Source: Methanobacteriota archaeon (GTDB lineage Archaea > Thermoplasmatota > Poseidoniia > Poseidoniales > Poseidoniaceae). From it: a stretch of 44,365 nt of DNA. The position numbers were made by a program, and so were the translations under genes. This document shows positions 9,942-18,619 of the stretch, piece after piece. Where the stretch lies: positions 1 through 44,365 of the forward strand of contig JABIGM010000021.1 in the NCBI GenBank assembly GCA_018650165.1, in the 5' to 3' direction. Within the stretch, counting starts at the first letter, position 1. Every line of letters begins with the position of its first letter. The notes beneath the pieces are model-generated. The model ran no database searches and had not been told where the DNA came from. It saw only the letters and a program-made list of their open reading frames with translations.

Positions 9942-11039
9942 TCAAGCAAGACCCATTTCTTCCAACTTTTCAGGAAGATAAGTATCGGTTACGAAGTCCA
10001 AACCGTACTTCGCCAACGATTGCTGTTCAGCCTTCTTGCCAATTTCAAGCATCATATTGATTTGGTCTTGCCACCAACCATCTGCAAACCGAGGGTCACT
10101 TAATTCAGCCTTTAGAGCCTCAATATCCTTACTTGAAAGGTCATCTGCAGGGAGGTCATATGCAAGGATATCATCAGAAGTAATTCCGAGATATGATGCT
10201 GAAGGCGTAGCCAAATACTCCGAGATATGAGCGGTCTTAATCGCACCATATGCGATAGAAGCGAAAATTCGGAACGACCAAGGGTCACCATCCAGGAACA
10301 CTACTACTGGTAAATCCCATTCTTCATTCATCCTCTTGATGATTCTGCGAGTGGATCTTGCAGGTTGACCCTTCAAGTGAATTAAAGCACAATTATATTG
10401 CTCATCAAATCCGTTTTCTACCAATCGGTCGAACATACCACCAGTTTCAATTGCCATCAAGAACTTAACATCATGCTCTTTGAGTTGTATCTTCTCAATT
10501 TCTACATTATATGGTAAGCCATACCCCGAATCACCAACATCATCGCGAGCGTTAATCGTCATCCATTGGCCGCGGCGATTTAATTCCCTAAGGGTTACAT
10601 TTCCAATCATTCTCGCCCCATCTTCTTCTGGCCTTAACTTGAAATCCTCTCTCAGGCAAGAAGTTACAACTTCGAGATCTTCAGCAAGATTGTTAGATTC
10701 ATTTTGACTACCGAATTTACCTAGTCCCCAAGCTTCTGAGATGTAATACATCTCCCTCAAAGTTGAAGATTTTCCGGCTTCAATCATCTCTTCAATGAAT
10801 TCTACAACGTGTAGTGCCCTTAGCAAATTCTTTGCTGAACCTAAACTGGTAGCATCTCTAGTAGAGCGTTTTTTACCATACTTGTATACTCCAAGTTTGC
10901 TGTCAAAAGCAATATTGGTTTTTGTTCTAACTGGAAGGGTCATGGTTGGAGGCTCACCCTTAACGATTCGGTCATACATTTCTTCAACCACTAAGTGGAG
11001 GCGACTCTTTGTCAACTCAGGATCATTTACTCGTGCCAT
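9942..11039 (-). CDS. top6A: DNA topoisomerase VI subunit A
   Basis: STLREMYY (catalytic Tyr region), AIETGGMFDRL, LKGQPARSTR, TOPRIM DGDPW, KAEQQSL. Confidence 0.97.
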   Translation of the reverse strand: MARVNDPELTKSRLHLVVEEMYDRIVKGEPPTMTLPVRTKTNIAFDSKLGVYKYGKKRSTRDATSLGSAKNLLRALHVVEFIEEMIEAGKSSTLREMYYISEAWGLGKFGSQNESNNLAEDLEVVTSCLREDFKLRPEEDGARMIGNVTLRELNRRGQWMTINARDDVGDSGYGLPYNVEIEKIQLKEHDVKFLMAIETGGMFDRLVENGFDEQYNCALIHLKGQPARSTRRIIKRMNEEWDLPVVVFLDGDPWSFRIFASIAYGAIKTAHISEYLATPSASYLGITSDDILAYDLPADDLSSKDIEALKAELSDPRFADGWWQDQINMMLEIGKKAEQQSLAKYGLDFVTDTYLPEKLEEMGLA

Positions 11040-13096
11040 CAGACATCACCTCCAAACAGTGTTGTTTGACCAGAGTCGCCATCGACAACCCCCGGGTCAA
11101 ACGAGGAAGCACCATCGGCTCCATCATCTGAAACAACATCATCAACTTCCTTGAACGCATCTTCTAGCCTACGAATCTCCTCTAGCATTTTCTCATCGAG
11201 TTTTGTAGCCCCAATTACATCTTGACTGCCACGGAAGAATACATCAGTTTCAGTCCAATCTCCCTTTTCAAGATTGGAAAGAGAATATTCGATTATCGCT
11301 TGAGTGCCCGGTTCAAGGGTTTCAATCTTCCATCCCCAAATTCCCATGGCCTCTTTCCTGCCACCTCTTTCATTTCCAACCATTTCACCACCTGCCTTTT
11401 CAGGCCAGTTTACTAAAACCGAGTAACTTCTAGCCCTCGACGTATAATTGAATAACGTGATTGAAACATTGGTTTGTTTTGTTTCTTTATTCCATTCTGT
11501 TGTTTCATTACAAATCACAGCACTCATAATTCTGGTAATAGAACCCGAGAGGTCTGGAACAGGACGGTCCAATATCGAAGCAGATTTTTCAGCGATGGCA
11601 GGTAAAATATCGTTTATCAATTCGAATTTTTCACGAGTCTTCGCCATCTTTTTCTTCTTCTCTAGATGCTTTCTAAGACCACGTCCCATTTCCAGCATCG
11701 CTTTGCGAGTTTCTTCAAAGACATTTGAATTATCGGAAAGAGCCTCTTTTGCTTCAGAAGTAAATTGGACGTTTGTACTTGCAAGATGTACCAATATTGC
11801 AGCCGGTCCTTTAGGGACTCCTCGGCCTCCAGCCTGCTCCAAACCATATTGCCGCCAATCAATACTTTCGATCGCCTTGGTTAGTAAACAGCCACCTTGC
11901 TGATACATCAACGGAACACGGTTTGCGAATCGAAGAACCTCAACATGTTTGTCACCCGCCATTCCTTCTCCAAAAATCAATCCCACTTCAACTTGGAAGG
12001 GATTGCCGTGACTTACCGAAGGCGCCCTTGTCATCGTTGCAATGAATTTGGAATCAATTGTTTTTGAAAGGCCCTTTTTGATTAGCATTTCTTCAATAGG
12101 CGAAAGACAGGTAGTTGGGGGTGCGAGTAGTTTCACAATCTTGCCAGAAACCATCCTCTCTCCTTGAAACGCTTCAAGCAATGCACGAACATCATCGGGT
12201 TTCATTGATTTTGGCTTAACAGATACATCTAGTTCGGCAGCTTCGCACAATTCTTTAGCAGCTCTCATCGAAACACCAGAGAAATTTTGTCGTAGGAATA
12301 CCGATAATCTAGAATCTTTAGAATCGCGACACATTCTTTGCAATTGTCCAAGTTCAATACCGTGAGGGTGCGGTTTGATTGAATCAACTTTGGTTGGCAA
12401 ACGCTCTGTTACACGGGGCCAATGAAAACGCTCGCCATCGGGGTCGATGAAAGTAATCTCTGCGTGTGGATTAACTATGCTTGTCATTCGCAAGTATTGG
12501 AAAACAGACTGCCTTCCTCGCTGGTATTTACCCTTCATCCGTGTTGTAACTCGAAGACCATGCTCCTTCAACGTAAGATCTTCATTCTCCCAAATAATAC
12601 GATTCTGCTCACTCTTCACAGCTTTATTTTTCCGGGTGTCTAAACCAATTTTTACACTGGTTGCAGTAGGCTCACTTGCAATTTTTGATAATACATGTGT
12701 GGACTTTCCAGTAGTCAATTGAGAGTACATAACCACGCCAGTGATTCCTATACCCTGTTGACCACGGCTTTGTCGAATCGCATGGAACCTTGAACCGAAT
12801 AAGAGTTGACCAAAGACCTTCTCTATACTGGTTTGAGGAATACCGGGACCATTGTCTTCAGAAACTAATTCCAAAATATCTTTCTTAGAATCAATTTTTG
12901 AAATTTTAATATGAATGTCAGGAAGGATTCGCGCCTCTTCACAAGCGTCTAGTGAATTGTCAACAGCTTCTTTGACCGCAGTAATGATTGAACGTGGTAA
13001 AGAATCGAATCCTAAAAAATGCTTATTTTTCTCAAAAAATTCAGAAATTGCAATTTGTTTTTGGTTGCTTGCCATCTTTTCTGCAATGCCTGCCAC
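11039..13096 (-). CDS. top6B: DNA topoisomerase VI subunit B
   Basis: GHKL motifs EAVDNSLDA, DNGPGI, FGSRFH..QSRGQQGIG; RFANRVPL. GTG 13096 follows GGTGA; abuts top6A. Confidence 0.97.
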   Translation of the reverse strand: MAGIAEKMASNQKQIAISEFFEKNKHFLGFDSLPRSIITAVKEAVDNSLDACEEARILPDIHIKISKIDSKKDILELVSEDNGPGIPQTSIEKVFGQLLFGSRFHAIRQSRGQQGIGITGVVMYSQLTTGKSTHVLSKIASEPTATSVKIGLDTRKNKAVKSEQNRIIWENEDLTLKEHGLRVTTRMKGKYQRGRQSVFQYLRMTSIVNPHAEITFIDPDGERFHWPRVTERLPTKVDSIKPHPHGIELGQLQRMCRDSKDSRLSVFLRQNFSGVSMRAAKELCEAAELDVSVKPKSMKPDDVRALLEAFQGERMVSGKIVKLLAPPTTCLSPIEEMLIKKGLSKTIDSKFIATMTRAPSVSHGNPFQVEVGLIFGEGMAGDKHVEVLRFANRVPLMYQQGGCLLTKAIESIDWRQYGLEQAGGRGVPKGPAAILVHLASTNVQFTSEAKEALSDNSNVFEETRKAMLEMGRGLRKHLEKKKKMAKTREKFELINDILPAIAEKSASILDRPVPDLSGSITRIMSAVICNETTEWNKETKQTNVSITLFNYTSRARSYSVLVNWPEKAGGEMVGNERGGRKEAMGIWGWKIETLEPGTQAIIEYSLSNLEKGDWTETDVFFRGSQDVIGATKLDEKMLEEIRRLEDAFKEVDDVVSDDGADGASSFDPGVVDGDSGQTTLFGGDV

Positions 13097-13190
13097 GAGT
13101 CTCACCTATTCCCCCGGTCCTCCTTCGTCCCATTGACGAAGGGCCTTGAGCGACCTTACCCCAACGCCCAAGGTTCTTGAATCATAGCGT

Positions 13191-13877
13191 TCATTCTGAA
13201 GTTTCAAGGGCAATGTGGGCAAGAGTTATTCTACGCAAATAGACAATTATCCAAATTGTTAGAAGGACAGATGCTACAATTGCGGCCCAATAAGTCCAAT
13301 CTTTCCCTTCGTTAACAGCAACTGGAAGATCGGCGGCCCGAGAACCCCAATAGGCATAGAGGGCACCCGGCACAATCATTCCAGAATTTCCAATTAGGTA
13401 GTCCTTCCATGTAACATCTGTTAATCCCAAACCATAATTCAGAAACGGATATGGAATTACTAGGCTTATTCTTGTAAGGAACACACACCTGAGACCATCC
13501 TCTCCAACCGCTTTCCTTAGAGCATTTAGAGTTGGCTTTTTGTCCAATTTATTTTCAACCCAGTTGTATAGGTATTTTTTTGTTAAAAAGAATGGCAAAA
13601 TCGCACCTAAACAGGCGCCTATGAATGCTATTGCCCAACCAGCCCAAAATCCAAAAAGAACGCCAGAAATGAATTTATGGAGACTCGCTGGAGCGACAAG
13701 AAGAGCGAGAACCACATACAATAGTAACCATGCAAGAACTCCTACTATTCCGTTATCGGGGAACCAGTTTGCCTTTTCGATTAAAGGGGCCAACAAGGTC
13801 TGCGTGAGGAAAATAGTGAATGCGATTCCACCGATTACGCCACCAACGCTAATGGCGGCTACAAAACGATTAGACAA
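13191..13877 (-). CDS. TVP38/TMEM64 (VTT/DedA superfamily) membrane protein
   Basis: SGVLFGFWAG...GAILPFFL, LTRISLVIPYPFLNYGLGLT, GMIVPG..YAYWG. Confidence 0.88.
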   Translation of the reverse strand: MSNRFVAAISVGGVIGGIAFTIFLTQTLLAPLIEKANWFPDNGIVGVLAWLLLYVVLALLVAPASLHKFISGVLFGFWAGWAIAFIGACLGAILPFFLTKKYLYNWVENKLDKKPTLNALRKAVGEDGLRCVFLTRISLVIPYPFLNYGLGLTDVTWKDYLIGNSGMIVPGALYAYWGSRAADLPVAVNEGKDWTYWAAIVASVLLTIWIIVYLRRITLAHIALETSE

Positions 13878-13886
13878 GTTACCACT

Positions 13887-15872
13887 TCAGTCAAAGAAAT
13901 CACTTTTCCAGGCAGTAATTTGTCCTGTAAAAGCACTAGTGGCAACTGTTAACGGGCTAGCAAGATACAATTTGCCTGGGCCTGAGCGCCCTTGGAAATT
14001 TCGATTAATAGCGGACACAGTCACTTGTTCTGGGGTAATAGAGACCCCCGGGCCTGCGCCAATACATGCTCCACAACCAGGGTCGATGAGGTTTACACCT
14101 ACTCTTTCGAATAAACTGTGCCATCCTTTCCTAACTGCTAAATCCTTTACTTGGCCACTGCCATATTGAATGTAAAATTCAACACCCTCCTTAACCAATA
14201 GCCCTGCCTTTTCAGCGGCTTCACATACCATTGCATAGTAGGCAACATCATCTTCTTTTCCGGCAGTACAAGAGCCACCGTATGCGATATCTATTGCGAC
14301 ATCACCGATATCTGAAATGTCGGCACCGTTGGTTGGGTCTGAGGGAACTCCTTTGTCAGGATCCCCGGGGTGCGCAACCATTGGAACGATATCTGCAAGA
14401 GAAATAACATGAATTCCTCCATGGTATGATGCCTCCGAATCAGGCATTACTGCCATCTTTTCCATTTGTGAACGCTCGATTCCCTGTGCGTTCTCCATCC
14501 AATCAAACAATATATCATCAGGCTCACAAATTCCAGTACGACCACTACATTCTGTAGCCATATTACACAGAGTAGCTCTTTCATCAATAGATAACGAGGG
14601 GAGCCCAGTGCCTCCGAACTCCATCGAACGGTTAAGTGTCAATTCTTCACGAGCATGATCAGATAAAATATACAGAATGATATCCTTGGCAGTACAACCA
14701 TCATTCAAAGTTCCAATTAACTCAAATCTAATTGATTCTGGCACCTTGACGAAGGTAAATCCAGAATATATCAAGCTCGCATATTCAGTCGCACCCACCC
14801 CATAGGTAAGGGCATTCGAAGCACCACCCATGCATGTGTGTGAATCAGTGGCTTGGATGAAATCTCCCACTTCGATAAATTCCTCTCTAGCAACTTGGTG
14901 ACATATACCGGGCGACACACCATCTTTCGCAGAATAATCTCGAACTCCCGTGTGCTGTTGGAACTCAACTTGGAGGTCGCGTAAAGTTTGCACCTTTTGC
15001 ATATGCGGCACAAACTTCGGATTATGCGCGGCATACAACAAGTGGTCTTCGAAAACTGCGAATTTCCCTGGGTTCGGAAGCGAATAATCCGCACCATACT
15101 CTTCTTTCAAAAACGTATGAACCTGAGCAGTAGTAAATTCGTGGCTGTAGCCTCCTTGTACCTGGGCGATAACAGGGTCGTGCGGCTTTACACATTGATT
15201 ATCGGTCTGGCCTACCAAATTACGTGCAATGATTTTTTCAGCCATTGTCATAGGTCCATTGGGAGTGTTTAGTGGAGGGAGGGTGATTTCACCACTCTTC
15301 AATTTCAATGCAAAGGGAAATAATCCCCCATTTTCAATAATCAATTTAGTTACTGGGTCATATCTAGATGTGAACTCATCTAATGAAATACTTTCACCAT
15401 TTTGTAATCGTTCAAGCATTTGGTAATCCCCCATCAACTGTCCAAGGTTGATATTATTTCTTTCATGAATTGGTGCGAATGAAGACGCGATAACAATCCT
15501 TATTCCGCCCCAGCGTTCACACTGGGCAGCAGTTTCACGAGAGGAGCCGGTGCCTTTACGCTGACCAGATACAATAACTTCGAATTCACCATTGATTAAT
15601 GCATTTTCATTGAACACTCTCATACCATCTTGCATTAAGCCCGCATAAGCATTCTTTGCAATTTCAGAAGGGCTGTGATCAAAACAAACCCAAGCAGGAG
15701 TCATAACATCGGTATTGATGTCATCGAGAAGACTATCTGGAGATATATCGCTCATTTTTAGATTGAGTCCATCGTATAATTGACGCTTGATTAGACTCAA
15801 ATCTTTGGTCAAGAATAGTATCCTTTTACCCGGCGAAAGCCGAATATCTTCTGGAGGCCAAATCTCGGACAT
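13887..15872 (-). CDS. Aconitase-family [4Fe-4S] hydro-lyase, single chain with N-terminal swivel (LeuD-like) and C-terminal LeuC-like domains
   Basis: N-terminal GTGSSRETAA and SFAPIHERNNINLG (swivel); C-terminal GICHQV, DSHT, GSCTAG, PGCGACIG, NRNFQGRSG, LASP. Confidence 0.9.
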   Translation of the reverse strand: MSEIWPPEDIRLSPGKRILFLTKDLSLIKRQLYDGLNLKMSDISPDSLLDDINTDVMTPAWVCFDHSPSEIAKNAYAGLMQDGMRVFNENALINGEFEVIVSGQRKGTGSSRETAAQCERWGGIRIVIASSFAPIHERNNINLGQLMGDYQMLERLQNGESISLDEFTSRYDPVTKLIIENGGLFPFALKLKSGEITLPPLNTPNGPMTMAEKIIARNLVGQTDNQCVKPHDPVIAQVQGGYSHEFTTAQVHTFLKEEYGADYSLPNPGKFAVFEDHLLYAAHNPKFVPHMQKVQTLRDLQVEFQQHTGVRDYSAKDGVSPGICHQVAREEFIEVGDFIQATDSHTCMGGASNALTYGVGATEYASLIYSGFTFVKVPESIRFELIGTLNDGCTAKDIILYILSDHAREELTLNRSMEFGGTGLPSLSIDERATLCNMATECSGRTGICEPDDILFDWMENAQGIERSQMEKMAVMPDSEASYHGGIHVISLADIVPMVAHPGDPDKGVPSDPTNGADISDIGDVAIDIAYGGSCTAGKEDDVAYYAMVCEAAEKAGLLVKEGVEFYIQYGSGQVKDLAVRKGWHSLFERVGVNLIDPGCGACIGAGPGVSITPEQVTVSAINRNFQGRSGPGKLYLASPLTVATSAFTGQITAWKSDFFD

Positions 15873-16067
15873 ATCTCTCGCCTATTCCATTTCAAGGGGC
15901 AATGAGGTATAACGGGTTCGGATTGTGAGCAACTGTACGGGGGAGAAAATTATTTGATAGTAATGCAAAACCAAATGGTGGTTTTATTAAAATTTTATTC
16001 AAAAAGAATAAAGGCAACACTGCAAGCCATAACCTATCGAAACCGTATTAACCATGCCGGCAAACAG

Positions 16068-16075
16068 TTTAAATA
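16068..16075 (+). promoter_or_regulatory. TATA box of tfb
   Basis: TTTAAATA preceded by purine-rich caaacag, 70 bp upstream of the tfb ATG, in a divergent AT-rich intergenic region. Confidence 0.6.
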
Positions 16076-16144
16076 ACCCACGCTGGAGGCCAAACTAATA
16101 ATTCGGCATAGCAAACCGTGCTATTTCCGACTGGAGGGATACAT

Positions 16145-17074
16145 ATGGATAACAATCAACACGTAGAAGATATTGTCAAATGCAGCGACTGTGGAAGTCG
16201 TTCGTTAACCCGCGACGAGACACGCGGGGAAGTCGTCTGTGACGACTGCGGTCTTGTTTTAGAAGACAACGTAATCGATCAAGGCGCAGAATGGAGAGTT
16301 TTCTCCCCAGAGCAAGGAGACCAGCGCGCACGAACTGGTGCGCCAATGACTGTAATGCTCCACGACAAAGGATTGTCAACAGATATCGACTGGCAAAACA
16401 AAGATTATTCTGGAAAGACAATCAATTCTAGGTACCGTTCCCAATTCTATCGAATGAGGAAATGGCAGAAGAGATCTCGTGTTTCAAATGCAACTGAAAG
16501 AAACCTCGCAATGGCACTTGCTGAACTAGACCGTATGGCAAGCCGCCTCGAACTTCCAAAATCAGTTCGCGAATCTGCAGCTGTAAATTACAAGAAGGCT
16601 GTTGAGAAGAGACTGATCCGTGGCCGTTCAATCGAAGGGGTCGCAGCAGCGTCTTTGTACGCAGCATGCCGCCAATGTGGCGTACCTCGTACACTTGATG
16701 AAATCGGCCAAGCAAGCCGAACAGGCCGTAAGGAAATCGGTAGAACTTACAGGTTCATGGTCAGGGAATTGAAGATGAAAATAATGCCAACTGGCCCAGA
16801 AGATTACATCTCACGTTTTTGTTCTGGACTGGGGCTGGATGCTGAAGTCGAGGCAAAGGCTCACGAATTAATCAAGGCAGCTCAAGAAAAAGAACTGACT
16901 AGTGGACGTGGACCTACAGGTATCGCAGCATCGATAATTTACATCGCAAGCGTCCTTTGTGGCAAACGTCGAACGCAACGCGAAGTAGCCGAAGTAGCAG
17001 GCGTAACCGAAGTCACAATCAGAAACCGATACAAGGAACTAATTCAGAACCTCAACATCGAGTTAGACATCTGA
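16145..17074 (+). CDS. tfb: Transcription initiation factor IIB
   Basis: Zn ribbon CSDCG...CDDCG, EWRVF B-reader, [10 protein letters not shown], two cyclin repeats, [20 protein letters not shown] before ATG 16145. Confidence 0.97.
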   Translation: MDNNQHVEDIVKCSDCGSRSLTRDETRGEVVCDDCGLVLEDNVIDQGAEWRVFSPEQGDQRARTGAPMTVMLHDKGLSTDIDWQNKDYSGKTINSRYRSQFYRMRKWQKRSRVSNATERNLAMALAELDRMASRLELPKSVRESAAVNYKKAVEKRLIRGRSIEGVAAASLYAACRQCGVPRTLDEIGQASRTGRKEIGRTYRFMVRELKMKIMPTGPEDYISRFCSGLGLDAEVEAKAHELIKAAQEKELTSGRGPTGIAASIIYIASVLCGKRRTQREVAEVAGVTEVTIRNRYKELIQNLNIELDI

Positions 17075-17116
17075 GAGTGACTTCACACAATCCGTGCACT
17101 CACAAGGGTGAATTAG

Positions 17117-18583
17117 ATGAAAAGTAAGCGCAGGGTTTCCGAAAAGGTTCTAGAAGCATTAGCTGAAAGACTAGCCCTTACTTTAGAAACAGGCTCTGAA
17201 TCATGGCCATTACCATATCCTCCACAATCCGACCCCGACTTCCCACCGGTTCATCCAAAAGATAAGCAACAAGTAATCGACCTAGGAATTGGTCTTCTTC
17301 AAGCAGACAAGGGAATGTTTGACAGACATCTGTCGATTGTAGTCGACATGATAGTTCCGCACAGAATGAACTTGTCAGACGACCCGTTCGAGATACACGA
17401 ACGATGGCTGCTAAAGAGGCTAGATGTGCTAACCGAACGACTTTTGTTTGCGATTGCTACAGAGTGGCTTGCTCAAGCTTTAGACCGCTCAAACCCTTCT
17501 CCAGATCGTTGGTGGTTATCCGTCGTAATGGTAAATGGATTATGTGGTGCATCACACGGACAACCCGTACACCAAGGATATCATCTCGTCGAATCCATCG
17601 CTTTAGCAGAAAGGCCAGGTACTTGGCACACCCAACCGGATGTATCCAACGCAAATATGGATTGGAATCCGCATGGAATGGTGCCACGAACAACTTCAGT
17701 TGTAGCACATGAGGCGGGTGCAGAAGCCGCAGTATGGCTCATGACTCAGTTAGAAAACAGTGGGGAAGAAAGGCGAAAATTACTAATTGAATGGTGCCGC
17801 TTATTGCTTGAGAGAAAGGAATTAATTGTCCCATTGGGAATATCTCAGATACTTATTCGCAGAGCAAGCGACTCTTCCCAAGAAGTATCTAGCCGTGTAG
17901 TAGTCTGCCTTGCTAAGCTAATTGAGGGCGACAAAGACTCGGGTCTTGAGTGCATTAGAATACTTAATTCAAGAGAAGATTTGCTTACAAGAAGAGCTAT
18001 GGCTGATGTATTAACAAGATTATTCAGAAGAATAACAACCGATGCAATACCTTTGCTAAACAGCATGTTAGAGGATGAAGACGAAAGTGTCCTTGCAGCA
18101 GCAAGCGCTACAATCGGTGACTTACGGTTTTTGGACAAAGAGATGTGGGCGGACAAAATCAGAGAATTATGTGATCACAAATCACAAACAGTTCGTCGAA
18201 ATATCGTATATACAATTCGGGACTATCTTGAAGAATATTCTGACGACAAGCGCCAAATAATTCCAAAATTATGGGGAGATGGCGACGAAACCGTAATCAC
18301 CAGGCTACGCGAATTACTAATGCGAATGGATGAAGTAGATGCCGACCGGTTTGCACGCACAATCCGCTCCCTTGAACATCTAAACATAGATGGCCTATGG
18401 GCGCCAATGAAAATTCGTAATCAAGAACGTGCTGAGCAATGGCAACTTTGGTTGGAGGGTAAAGCAGAGCAACCCGAAACTCCACCTGCCCCGGAAATTC
18501 ATATTTCGAATATGACTGAAGGAGAATTACCCGAACTCAGCGATGCCTTAGATACCCTTGATGACATGGGCTTTCTAGATTGA
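17117..18583 (+). CDS. HEAT-repeat-containing hypothetical protein
   Basis: All-helical 488-aa ORF with HEAT-like repeats (LLNSMLEDEDESVLAAASATIG; LCDHKSQTVRRNIV; LWGDGDETVITRL). Confidence 0.7.
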   Translation: MKSKRRVSEKVLEALAERLALTLETGSESWPLPYPPQSDPDFPPVHPKDKQQVIDLGIGLLQADKGMFDRHLSIVVDMIVPHRMNLSDDPFEIHERWLLKRLDVLTERLLFAIATEWLAQALDRSNPSPDRWWLSVVMVNGLCGASHGQPVHQGYHLVESIALAERPGTWHTQPDVSNANMDWNPHGMVPRTTSVVAHEAGAEAAVWLMTQLENSGEERRKLLIEWCRLLLERKELIVPLGISQILIRRASDSSQEVSSRVVVCLAKLIEGDKDSGLECIRILNSREDLLTRRAMADVLTRLFRRITTDAIPLLNSMLEDEDESVLAAASATIGDLRFLDKEMWADKIRELCDHKSQTVRRNIVYTIRDYLEEYSDDKRQIIPKLWGDGDETVITRLRELLMRMDEVDADRFARTIRSLEHLNIDGLWAPMKIRNQERAEQWQLWLEGKAEQPETPPAPEIHISNMTEGELPELSDALDTLDDMGFLD

Positions 18584-18619
18584 CACAAACCCTTTCAACG
18601 CGGCCTATATTCAGTGGTC

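Noticed and set aside
13540-14169. Long antisense ORFs such as 13540-14169 (+), 24798-25328 (+), 1857-2378 (-), 31238-31756 (+) and 11448-11903 (+)
   Set aside because: They are shadows of well-supported genes on the opposite strand and have no motifs of their own.
13202-15904. Similar 14-15-mers TTTCAAGG(G)GCAATG at 13202-13215 and 15890-15904 flanking the VTT and aconitase genes (possible insertion scar)
   Set aside because: Similarity does not extend beyond about 15 nt, one copy is inside a coding end, and there is no mobile-element signature.
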